Assembly: GCF_040938485.1 (NCBI RefSeq)
Contig: NW_027270921.1
Location: 868,001 to 932,000, forward strand
Reading direction: 5' to 3'
DNA length: 64,000 bases
Source: Diadema antillarum
Taxonomy: Eukaryota
Shown: piece after piece, positions 23,793 through 34,541 of the stretch
Layout: the number at the start of each line of letters is the position of its first letter
Numbering within the stretch: the first letter of the stretch is position 1
Translations under genes and position numbers: made by a program
The notes under the pieces: generated by a model
The model's database searches: none
The model's input: the letters and a program-made list of their open reading frames with translations, nothing else
Told to the model about the DNA's origin: nothing

Positions 23793-24329
23793 GTGAGTCG
23801 ATCTTTAAGTGATCACATCGTGCGTGGAATCAAGTATAGTCGCCCAAGGCCGGCTTATCCTTATCATGGACCTACAGTTGTAGGTCCATGTCTATATACC
23901 CCATAACTCATATAGCCGACCAGAGTCTGACACTATCAACATCTTGCCCATGATGTCTAACTGTCTTCTCTTTCGTAGTCCCTACCATTATCGGTTGCAG
24001 ATCGTTATTTCCGAGCTTCGTAAATCCGAAAAAACAACAGCAACAACAACCAACCAACCAAACAAACATGTCATTCCGAAAGTGTGTTAATCTCAAAAAG
24101 AAATAGGATTCGTAATTCCGAAGGTTCATTATAACGCACTTCTCCGCTGTTCTCGGATTAACAAACCTTTTTAGACTAACGAACATCTACAATGTGGTTA
24201 TAGGGACTTCGGTGTATCAGAATAACAAACCGTAAGAATGACGAACATTAGCCCCTTTATCAATATTCCAGCATTGCTTGGTACCTATTTTCATGGTTGG
24301 TAATGATTATTCTTTTCTGACACTTATAG

Positions 24330-24613
24330 AGCATGGACAGCCAGACAGTGCCGAGACTAACATCAACGACCTCGAGTCGTCGTTCCTGCGCCTTCGAACG
24401 GCCACGGGAGAGGTGGACCTCGACAAGCTCGTTCGCCGATTCATCTATCGCGAGGGCCTCAATTTCGCCCTCTTCAACTACGTCAACGAGATCAACGACG
24501 ACATCGAGATGCTGCAGGAGGAGATCAAAAAGACGGAGAACGACATGGCCAGCTTCAACAGCCAGGGAATGGCGCTGGAGGGAGAGCGACTGAAAATCAT
24601 GAAAGGGCTTGAG
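24330..24613 (+). CDS. ODAD1: ODAD1/CCDC63-family exon 6
   Basis: 284 nt, phase 1-0: ..ATGEVDLDKLVRRFIYREGLNFALFNYVNEINDDIEMLQEEI.. (hallmark NFALFNYVNE motif). Confidence 0.95.
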
Positions 24614-24620
24614 GTATTAA

Positions 24621-25092
24621 AGGAGACCTCCGGATGATTTTCAGAATATTTCATTTGAACAGCTATAAATTAGTTATACCGAGCACAGAGTTTCAAAATT
24701 TATCGTGTTTAGGTTGATGAATAAGAATGTTTTAAAAATTTACAACAAATTGCAATGAACAAGGATGATGACATGGAAGCCTCACCATAAGCATGATAAG
24801 AATGCATGAGTTGGGGCTCAAGGAAGCAGAACAAAAGAAGATGGCATGCATACATTCTACACAGGTGAACTTGATAAGCAGTTGGTATTGTAATGGAATT
24901 ACAATACCAATCAAATATGTGAGGCTCCTATATATGTCATCAACACTGTCCAGTATAATTTGTTTAAGATTTGTTCAAAGTATTGTTTCTCTGCTCAAGG
25001 ACCACAATAAATTCCACAAATCTATACATGGAACTGTTGATTTATATACTACATCTCTACATGATGTGAAATTATGAAAATCGAATGCCCCT
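24621..25092. mobile_element. TTAA-flanked non-autonomous element (Kolobok-like) in ODAD1 intron 6
   Basis: TTAA|AGGAGAC ... GCCCCT|TTAA; TIR short and degenerate. Confidence 0.55.
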
Positions 25093-25446
25093 TTAAAAGA
25101 GATCGCAAAGTGGTTGTCTTGTGCGTCGTTTGTCTGACAGCTATATGACTGTATAAAGCGTTCATCACAACACGAAGGTAGAAATGACAAGTCTTACTGG
25201 CGATCTTCTGAAACTTATAACTATACCATTAGTATAGAACAATGACATGTATGTTATCCATAGGGCTGACTGAACAACCCAGAAAATATGTAATTTTCGA
25301 GGACTCTCTCTCTCTCTCACAGGAATCGAACTTTCGGTGAATCATTTTAGTTGTATGAAATATAAACACATAATGAGCTGTTAATGACATTGTCAGAAAG
25401 TAACTGGCTACTTTTTCATTTTTTTTTTGTAACGGTGACGTAACAG

Positions 25447-25683
25447 CAAAAGGCAAACGCAATCACGGCAGAGGCCCACCAGCTTCAGGGCAACTCCAAG
25501 AAGGTGCTGAAGCGGCTGCACCGCCTCATGGCCTCCGTGATGAGCACCGTGCGCAAACTGGGCTGTGACCAGACGACGGTGCTGAGGAGGCTGGGAGCGC
25601 GGGAAGGCATCTCGGAGCTGGACGCCATGTCGTACCTCGGGCTTATCGAACACACCATGAGCGACCTGTTGCTCATCGACAGA
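25447..25683 (+). CDS. ODAD1: ODAD1/CCDC63-family exon 7, 3' end lost in the assembly gap
   Basis: QKANAITAE..KLGCDQTTVLRRLGAREGISELDAMSYLGLIEHTMSDLLLIDR, then Ns from 25684. Matches family GCD..M.YLG.IE..ELL. Confidence 0.85.
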
Positions 25684-25866
25684 NNNNNNNNNNNNNNNNN
25701 NNNNNNNNNNNNNNNNNNNNNNNNNNNNNNNNNNNNNNNNNNNNNNNNNNNNNNNNNNNNNNNNNNNNNNNNNNNNNNNNNNNNNNNNNNNNNNNNNNNN
25801 NNNNNNNNNNNNNNNNNNNNNNNNNNNNNNNNNNNNNNNNNNNNNNNNNNNNNNNNNNNNNNNNNN
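25684..25866. other. Assembly gap (N run) truncating ODAD1-like exon 7
   Basis: 183 Ns beginning inside open coding sequence. Confidence 0.99.
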
Positions 25867-26237
25867 ATTTATCATTATCATTGTCAGGATTTGATTTGCT
25901 TCATTTTGTTTGGTTTAGTTTTTGTGTTTGTGCTGAAGTTTGTTTGAGCGATGATTTGTTTCCAGCACTATTTTCGTGATTGTGTCTGCTTTTTATCCCC
26001 AACCTCCCTTTAAAAGTATTTCACGGTCGATTTGATGTATACCATAATAATATTTATGTTCATGTATCATTACGTCATATAGTTTCACCACACACATTTG
26101 CCATTCAAAACTACTTTTGTCCCTTACCAGTCCATACTGTGTTTTAGAAAATCACATGTCATGTGCTGCGGGCATATTGCCTAATTATACTGGCAGAAAA
26201 ATCACGCTCTGTGCATTTAAAGGACACTGCTATAATA

Positions 26238-26453
26238 CTCTGACAAAAAAAGTTCAACTTTGCACCTTTACAAGTGCAACTTGGCACCTTTCAAACCAGT
26301 GTCTTCTTCTTCTGATGAAGTCTGCCTCCTTCAATAGACTGAAGATTCTTGCAGGCTGGTGTCGTACTGGGATCACTTTGTAAAGGTGCTTACAGTGTTA
26401 CACTGGTAAAGGTGCAAAGTTCACCTATTTTTTTTTTTCTTCTTCTTGTAGAG
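26238..26453. mobile_element. Small TIR element (CACTA-like MITE) in ODAD1 intron 7
   Basis: Perfect inverted 15-mer ACTTTGCACCTTTAC (26257-26271)/GTAAAGGTGCAAAGT (26406-26420), flanked by A- and T-tracts. Confidence 0.6.
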
Positions 26454-26723
26454 CGCATGGAGGCAGAACGTGATGGCAGATATTCTCATCACACAAAACG
26501 TTCATATCTTCGGATGTAAACGATATAACTGTAGGACATTTTTCATCATTTTTTTTTAAACTGAAGATTTCACGTACCGCTACGCTCTTTGGCAAGAAAT
26601 ACCCTGGGAGCAAACGTAACGCCATACCATGTATTCTTTTTTTTTTTAATGTGATTTTGTATGCTGTATGTAAAACTGTTAGTCCTTAATCATAACGATT
26701 ATTTGGCCCTCTATCGGAACCAG

Positions 26724-26863
26724 AAAGCCATGATTTTGAAGAACAGCGAGAAACAAGGTAACGGGCGGGACGGATCTCCAGCTAAACAGACCGGGAGTGT
26801 GACGATACTGCGCCGCCAGCCTAGCCCGTCGGTGGAAGTAACCATTGTTCCGCCAACCATCAG
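26724..26863 (+). CDS. ODAD1: ODAD1/CCDC63-family exon 8
   Basis: 140 nt, phase 0-2: KAMILKNSEKQG..SVEVTIVPPTI(R); donor CAG|GTAACA. Family I.I.PP motif. Confidence 0.75.
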
Positions 26864-27636
26864 GTAACACAGAGTCAATATCGACCTCATCTCAATCAAA
26901 GCATCGATCATTAGCCGTCCATCACATAAAAACGACTCTCTTTCTATAGATTATTTTCTCTGTATCAACTGCATGATATGCTGATGATAATATATCTAAA
27001 AATCTACAAATAATATGGCAGTCTAAATCAGAATGAAACAAGCATACTAACTTGATGATTACCATGTTGATAGCAATAAACGGGAAACAAAATTATTAAC
27101 TCACAGTCATATTACTTAGATAATATAAAAATCAAACTTCAAATAGGTATAAGTTCTGGTTCAATTTTGGTATAATGTATTTTAAAGACATGTTACTTTC
27201 CACTTCACTGAACATGACTTATTTGCTTGAAATGCCTTTTTGATTAACGCTATATATTGACCCATCGCAGAGACATCAAACACATCGTAAATTAACAAGC
27301 TAAAGTAAGCTGCTTTTGACAAATTCACACACACAAACATGCAAAGAAAACAAAAACACGAGCACTCACACGCACAAAATCTCCTCTACCAGCTGTATCA
27401 AACAATCAATTAACCTTCAGTACAACTGAGTGTCCCCTTCAATTTTGTGTGGTGGCTCCGTTCTTTTTGAATTATTTGTCCAACATTGAAAGTCTGATTT
27501 TCCACAATGATAAGTTTAAATCGCATTGAGACCCATCATGTCTCCAGCGGTAGGCCTACTTATGGGTTTGTGTTCGTTACGTTATCGTTATGATTACAAC
27601 GACAGTCCTTCTTTTGACCATCGTTGCTCATGACAG

Positions 27637-27871
27637 GGACGAGGTTGACGTAAGCGAGCGTTCGTCGTCGGCCGACTTTCTGAACACCAAAGATCAACCT
27701 CTGACCCTGGAGCAGGTGAGGAAACGGGTCACTCGTCGCCTCCAGCGCCTAGAAGCTCAACAGCAGAGGGGGAAGAATGTCGGGAAAGCCCCTGCGACCA
27801 CGCCCACTAATCAGCAAGAAGCACCCACCGACGTCCCGGACGATAACCAGAGCAAAACTGAGTCTTCGTAA
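27637..27871 (+). CDS. ODAD1: ODAD1/CCDC63-family exon 9 with stop codon
   Basis: Phase 2 start: DEVDVSERSSSADFLNTKDQPLTLEQVRKRV..KTESS* (family PLTxEEL.. motif); TAA at 27869-27871. Confidence 0.85.
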
Positions 27872-28439
27872 CCCGATCAGCTGAACTAAGAGGGGGGAGA
27901 AAATGGGGAAGGCTTTTATAGTCACACTACGGGACTGCAAGTTTTCTGTATTGCACTTCAGTTGAACTCCAGCGGGTAACGTGTAAGCTAAACAAGACCG
28001 TGTTTCAACTGATTCGTCAAAATTATTTGTACGTCCGCCCTCAGTTTGCATAGCTACTGAATACTAATAGACGAATTTCGCTCTACCGTTAGTTTTCATA
28101 CTTAATACTAGTCTTTACGAGCCTGTCCATCGAATAATTACAATCTTAATCTTTTTTTTTTTTTTTGCTACTGCAAACCATTTTCACCTATTTCACAAGC
28201 CAGCCCCTGTGTGCAAAATCCTCGTTTAAAGAAAGCACAATTGAGTCGTGTTTGCAACGCAAGATACGTTTTCTTCAAGTGTGTAATTCCACTTAAATAC
28301 TACAGCGTATTTGAACAGAGAGTACGGTTCCGGATACAGGGGAAAAACAACAACACACGGACAAAATGTGTATTCATGCTCTGCCTCCTGGCTAGTGCGC
28401 AAGCTTACGTAAATGTAAGAGCCCCCGTGAAGATGAGAG

Positions 28440-29432
28440 AATTTTTCTCCTTATTAGCCCTTTTCAGGCCCAAGAAGACTGCAAAATCCGAGTCTCGGAT
28501 CCGAGGAGGCGAGGGGGAAGAGATATGACTGTGATATCTCGTCTTTTGTCCTTCCCGGACGCAAGAAGTCGAAGAGACAAGATATTACATCACGACTTTC
28601 TCTCCTTTACTGACCCGAGAAGTCGAGAAGACGATATCTCACAACTCGCCTCCTCGCGAGGAGATGTGATGCGGCAGATCTTGTCTACTCGACTTCTCGG
28701 TTCCGGGAAGGAAAGATGACGCGACTAATAGTCCCATCTTTTCTTTTCGCCCCGACAAGGCGAGAAGACTAGATGTCATAAAGATTATCTTGCCTTCTCG
28801 GATCCGAGATGTCAAAATGTCAAGAAGACGAGATCTTGCATTTTTTTTTTCTCCACAAAGAAATTTTATTACGTTATCAACATTCAGGGACGAATAAATG
28901 ACACATCCTATGATGCATAAAACAAATAATGCAATTTGACAGGCAGCTACAAACAGTCTAATGCGATATCAATTAATATTGGATGCAAAACATTTAGTTT
29001 TTTTTTCAGACATATATCCATCTACTTTCTTCATTTGTATTGAAATCTCGAATCTTTGCTTTTCCCTTTCTCGGGTACGAGATATCGAGAAGACGAGATT
29101 TCACAGCTCGCCTTCTCGCTTTCTCGGACCTGAAAAGGCGAGGTGACGGGATCTCATGTATCACCTTCCTTGCCTTCTCGAACCCGAAAAATGGAGAAGA
29201 TGAGATTTCATATCTCTCCCCTCAATTTCTAGGACCCGAGATGTCAAAAACATTAGACCTTCTACAACCTCACTTCTCGCCTTCAGGGACCCGAGAAATG
29301 AGAAGACGTTGAGACATCACATCTCGCCTCTCGACTTCTCGGACCCGAGAATGACGTTGAGAAGACGAGATCTCAGAACTTGCTTTCTCGTCTTCTCGAA
29401 CCCGAGAAGGTTGAGCAAGCGAGAAATCATCT
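28440..29432. repeat. Degenerate tandem array of ~50-bp palindromic units, interrupted at about 28841-29045
   Basis: Recurrent (C/T)CTTCTCGGACCCGAGAAG..GAGAAGACGAGAT cores, roughly 15 degenerate units. Confidence 0.8.
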
Positions 29433-29861
29433 CTTCTTTTCAGTGGCACTTACAGGCTTCCGTAAACCAGAGAGACCGGTCCGTAAACCAAGACTCTCCC
29501 CGACATCTATCTGAAAAAAAAGTATGGATGACAGCAAGCTAACCACCGAGGTGTAATACCGTTCATCAGTCATGTCAGTGATACAGGAATGGATATCCAT
29601 CATATTCTAAATCGATGGTTTGCATATTGCAGACATCGTTACGTCAGCAATGGAGAAGCTTTGGAGTCATTGTTGACATGGTTGATGACGAAGCAATGTC
29701 ATGTTCCTCTGTTAAATTCCACTTTACTTCGTGTTATAGCTTAACCGTGGACTATGAACACAGTCGAGGATATACTGTAGATTTCACGCCTTCGAATGCC
29801 GATTGTCGACTATCGAAAGTTTCGCTGCCTTTACATCATCAGTATGAATTAATGTTTATAT

Positions 29862-30359
29862 CAGTAAATCTAGTCAACTGGACTTGTAATTTGGAGTAGC
29901 GACGTTTCACGTCCTCTCATCACGGCTTCATCAGGCCGATTGATCATTGGCGGCAATTGGTTGTTGACCCGTAACAGGGTCGGGGAATTTTGAAAAGCGC
30001 CGAGGAATCTTCCGAACTGCCTGACTGTAGGCTCCGGCTCGGTTGTGTCTCAGTCCCCCTCCTCGGTTTAGGGATGGCTCCTCCCTTTTTACGTAGATAG
30101 CCTCTTTGACTCCCCTTTCGAACCACCGTGCCACACGATCTAAGATGACCACGTCCTTGTTGTCAAAGGTGTGGTTACTGCTATTCAGAAGGGAGTACAG
30201 TATACGGCAGAGTCTTCACATCCAAATGAGCTATACCTCGTCTGTGCTGGTGCATACGTTTGGCTAAGGTCTGCTTTGTCTCTCCTATAAGTACAGCTCT
30301 TCACACTCGCCATCCTTGCATTGGATAGCATAGACCACGTTGTTTTGTTGGTCCTTCGG
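29862..30359 (-). mobile_element. Inverted second copy of the same Penelope-like fragment
   Basis: Reverse complement aligns to about 30450-30950 with scattered substitutions and small indels; same RWFERGVKEAIYVKREEPSLNRGGGLR ORF at 29931-30152. Confidence 0.9.
29898..29938 (-). ncRNA. Minimal hammerhead ribozyme remnant in the PLE terminal region
   Basis: Minus strand reads GGC-CTGATGA-AGCCGTGATGAGAGGACGT-GAAAC-GTC-GCT: intact core CUGAUGA/GAAA with a GUC cleavage triplet and palindromic ACGU helix III. Helix II is damaged. Confidence 0.6.
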
Positions 30360-31005
30360 CATAAAACCTTCAAGAAGCATCATATTCCTGTCCCTTTCAA
30401 GCCTACCGACACATTGAGACAGAAGTTAGTCCATCCTAAGGATAAGACTCCGAAGGATCAACAAAACAACGTGGTCTATGCTATCCAATACAAGGATGGC
30501 GAGTGTGAAGAGCTGTACATAGGAGAGACCAAGCAGACCTTAGCTAAACGTATGCACCAGAACAGACGAGGTATAGCTCATTTGGATGTGAAGACTCTGC
30601 CGTATACTGTACTCCCTTCTGAACAGCAGTAACCACACCTTTGACAACAAGGACGTGGTCATCTTAGATCGTGTGGCACGGTGGTTCGAAAGGGGAGTCA
30701 AAGAGGCTATCTACGTAAAAAGGGAGGAGCCATCCCTAAACCGAGGAGGGGGCCTGCGATACAACCTAGCCGGAGCCTACAATCAGGCAGTTCGGAAGAT
30801 TCTTCGATGCTTTCCAAAATTCCCCCGACTCTGTTACGGGTCAACAACTTAATTGCCGCCAAAGATCAGTCGGCCTGATAAATCGTCCCGGAGAGGACGT
30901 GGAACGTTGCTCCTCCAAATTACAAGTAGAAGTCCAGTTGACTAGATTTACTGCTATAGTTCATGATATACTTTACCTGGATGACAGAGAACATTCACAG
31001 ACATA
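30360..31005 (+). mobile_element. Penelope-like retroelement 3' fragment (GIY-YIG endonuclease and 3' terminal region), frameshifted
   Basis: KHHIPVPFKPTDTLRQKLVHPKDK..NVVYAIQ..ELYIGETKQTLAKRMHQ, then ILDR..RWFERGVKEAIYVKREEPSLNRGGGLR, characteristic of PLE endonuclease C-termini. Ends ACCTGGATGACAGAGAACATTCACAGACA, resembling PLE 3' ends. Confidence 0.9.
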
Positions 31006-33402
31006 CATCCTCAGTATTCGACTACTTCCGTTATAACACTATATTTTCCGACGTCTAGGTAACATAGTAAAGTATTCAATCCTTCTATTCCTCAGCTGTT
31101 TTCATACTGAAAATTGCTTCATAGGAGATCATTAGTCATGCCGAACATGCCAAAGGTGCGCTTTTTTCCGCCTGGCACTCGCATTGGATTTTTCCCCTAA
31201 GTGCTATCTTCTTTAAATATTGATTCTTTGCAAATGATACTTTGCAATTGATACTTTGCAAAATATATCTTATATCGAGGTCTATCTGAACAAAAAGAAT
31301 AAGAATCTAACAAACCAAACAGTGACCTTTTCAAAAAATCAATTTGATAACTCATAACGTGAAGTATTACTGTTTGACACTTTCTTTTTTACGAGATAAC
31401 GTTTTCTGTCATGACCACACGTGAATTTACACAGCATGGCGATGTCAATATTTTGCATTGCCACTTCCCATGATTTTGCAAATAAACCTTCACTTAATTG
31501 CCTCGTAAAATTCAATTTTCTTGAAATCGGTTTGTGATGGCTCCGCAATGATGACTTCATAGTGATAGGTTCATAGGGATTTATAGTTACTCAGTCATCG
31601 ATGAAATTACTGTCCCCCACCCCCTCCCCCCCAAAAAAAAGGAATCTTAGTGATATTACGCAAGTGCAAAATCGTTATGAGGCAATGGCATTACTTGCGT
31701 ATGTCTTTTTGACTGATATAGAGTCGTATTTCTTGAAGGCATACGAAACTTTAAAACTTCCTTACTCTTTCTTGACTATTTTCAAACATTGCACTGCTGT
31801 TTGTTTGTTGTTGTTTCATTAACTGCAGTTTCACGATACTGTTAAGTTTCCCTTTAAGCTCACCGTACTCTCTGCCACAAGAATTCATATTTACCATCTT
31901 CAGCTTTCACGGCAAAATAATTTTCATCAACCCCCTTTTTTTTCCTGACTGAGCGTCCTTTACGCCGGAAAAGTTTGTCGAATCAAACTTACTTTGCATA
32001 TAGTGTGCGAGGGAAAGGCGCGAGAAATCCCAACGCACAATGCGTGTATCCCAGCTTTAGCTTTTGCTCGCCAGCCTTTATAATATACTGAAGTGCAACA
32101 CAGAAAGCGGGACCTGCTAGTCCTCTATCTAGCGCGTGTGACTAACGTTAATATTTTTTTTTAAGGAGGATTTTGATTTGTGTAAAGAAAAGGGGCCCTT
32201 TTCAGGTGGAATAGACCAATTGGGGTTGGTAATATGCAATGGACTAGCATTGGTTTATGGAATTATAAAAATGTGTGCAATGAGGTCAGTTTAATGTGAC
32301 AACACCCACAACGAGCGATCGCGGAGTGGAGGGGAAACAGCCTAATCAGACAAATCATAAACATGATGTTTTGATATTATATGTTTTCTGGCCACAAATT
32401 GTAATTGGGGTATTGTAAACTCTGGCAAAGATACTCGTATCACTGCAAATCAAGTGAGGTAGGCCTAATGATAGCTTTTTGAAACATCCGTAAATGATTA
32501 ATGTTCGGTTATATCTGAAAACGTGTGAAGCACGGAAATTGATCAGATCATGACAAAAAATTTAAAATTCATACCGTGGCACACACGCGTTTGCTGAAAT
32601 TTCAACGAGACTATACTTGTAATGGCACAGTTGTGTCCGTATGAGCATGGTATAATTAAAGGTTGGTATACGATATGGCTTACCTGCGAATAAAAGCATA
32701 CGCATTCAATAACATTTTCCCCGGTTTCAAATGCTTTAAAAAGAGCGTGCTGATGTCAGTCATTGACGGTTGGTGTGTGGAGACAGATAACAGGAAATAA
32801 ATTGAATTAAAGGGATTCAAACCAACTCTATTGAACGCATAGGGTATATGGAATATCTGCGACTATATCACCGTCTTCGTGTGATCTTTTGTCTTGTGGA
32901 TGTCTTGTGGATATATACGCTGCATATAATATACATGTACTGTAAGCTTTGCTTGTACTTCAAGGTAGTACTGAGTATTTTTCTTTTTGTTTTCTGATAA
33001 TATCACTCTGATAATCATTTTCGTGTATTTTTTTTTAATACAACTGTACATTGTGCTCGAGTGAGTATTATAATTAATAATCTATTTTTGTGTGGTGAGA
33101 TGATCAGTGATGTGATTGGTTGAAAGTTTTGCTTTGCCGAATTTGCGTGGATTTAATTCCTGAACTGATTATAAAAATGCTCTTTACTCACACATCTAAG
33201 CGCAAAAAAAAATGCAAAATGATTGACAAACAAGGATAATAGCGCAATATTTTGGGAAACCCCACTTTGATTAACTAGAGCATAACTTCGTCGAGCTATG
33301 CATGTGAACACAACATTTTACGTCCGTATGGTTTTAATGCATACATCGATAGACGTAGACGAGACGCAGAGCAGAGGCAAGGGTTCACTTCACAGAGCAA
33401 TC

Positions 33403-33609
33403 ATGGCGGACGATCAGCAGAACTCACCGGAGAAAGTGGCCTCCCCAACCCCGAGTGACGAGGAAATTGACGAAGAGCGTGAGGAAGTTTTGCTTCTCGA
33501 AAGTGACTCCGAAGATGATTCTGACAGCGAGCGGAAGCCGGTGGAAAAAGAGAGAAGAGAAATCCCTGTGATAGATCCTAGAATCGACAAATCTTTGTCG
33601 GAAATTGTG
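33403..33609 (+). CDS. First coding exon of an unidentified gene with an acidic N-terminus
   Basis: GCAATC-ATGGCG start, 69 codons MADDQQNSPEKVASPTPSDEEIDEERE..DPRIDKSLSEIV, coding-like CpG-rich sequence, strong donor GTG|GTAAGT (phase 0). Product not recognised. Confidence 0.7.
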
Positions 33610-34541
33610 GTAAGTACGTGGGTGAGAAATTCGTTGTCCCACGTGTTTAAATCTGTGTGGTAACATTGGACAATCGCCGTTGGTTGCCCCCTTGTCCCGA
33701 TCCCTAGTGCATGGTGTGCGTACAAATGTATCACTCATCTCTGTCTAATGCATGTTCAATGGTTATACAATTCAGTGTAGCTACTCACTGTTCAAATCAA
33801 ATCAAAGATATATCATTACAGAGGTCAAACGTTCACTGCTGATCAATTCTCCTTGACAGGAACATGAATTTACAAAGTCTCCAGCAATCCAATGAAATGC
33901 AATTCCAATGGCAATGGCAATACCAAGCAATGAAATTGAATCACAAACCTGTGTCATTGAATACTCTTATTGCTGCTAGCATCTACTGCTTTTATGACTA
34001 CAATACTGCATTACTGGGCTATTGTTACACTCCACAGTACAGGCACATACATTCAAATGACAACAGATCTGTTTTACATCAGTACATACACATTCTAAGA
34101 AATGGCTATGTCTATTTTATGTTGAATTTATTTTTACTTAATTTTATTAGGGTGCAGACACACCTACACGATGCATGTACACTACAAAGTACAAACTTAT
34201 GAAATGAGCTTGTGGTGTATGGTGTGCACCATATACAAGTACCATTGTGTGTTCAAATTCGAAAGCCCTTCAATATATACTTGATAGTTTTCTATTCTTG
34301 TGATCTGTTATGTATGTCTGCTGAAGTACAAACTGTATATTCAATTTACCCCAAATTTGCTCTTCTTTTCCACCTTATCCACTGATTTTTACACATTTTT
34401 CTTTTTTTTTTCTTAATTTTTCTGGGGCATATTTTTGGCTGCAGAATGAAAAGGAAAACATGCAAACTCACTGAAAACATGACGGGACGTTCTAGGACTA
34501 GAAGTTCCACCCCAAGGCCCCATTTCATAAAAGATGTGAGG

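Noticed and set aside
23178-23796. 177-aa and 136-aa ORFs with poly-F/H/S/I/A tracts
   Set aside because: Produced by trinucleotide simple repeats in ODAD1 intron 4 running into off-frame exon 5.
28440-29432. CRISPR array (palindromic repeats with variable spacers)
   Set aside because: Units are long and highly degenerate, linkers are only 5-18 nt and irregular, there are no cas genes, and the context is eukaryotic. Kept as a repeat finding.
29810-29850. Third hammerhead-like string on the minus strand (CTGATGA-TGTAAAGGCAGC-GAAAC..GTC)
   Set aside because: Core words are present but helices I and II do not pair. At best a heavily decayed remnant of another PLE end.
33282-33291. ATAACTTCGT resembling part of a loxP arm
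   Set aside because: Only 10 of 13 nt of one arm, with no spacer or second arm; a chance match.
34445-34535. Exon-like segment (strong polypyrimidine acceptor, donor GTGAGG) as exon 2 of the orphan gene
   Set aside because: The phase-0 reading from exon 1 hits TGA after 9 codons; the open frame is incompatible with the upstream phase.
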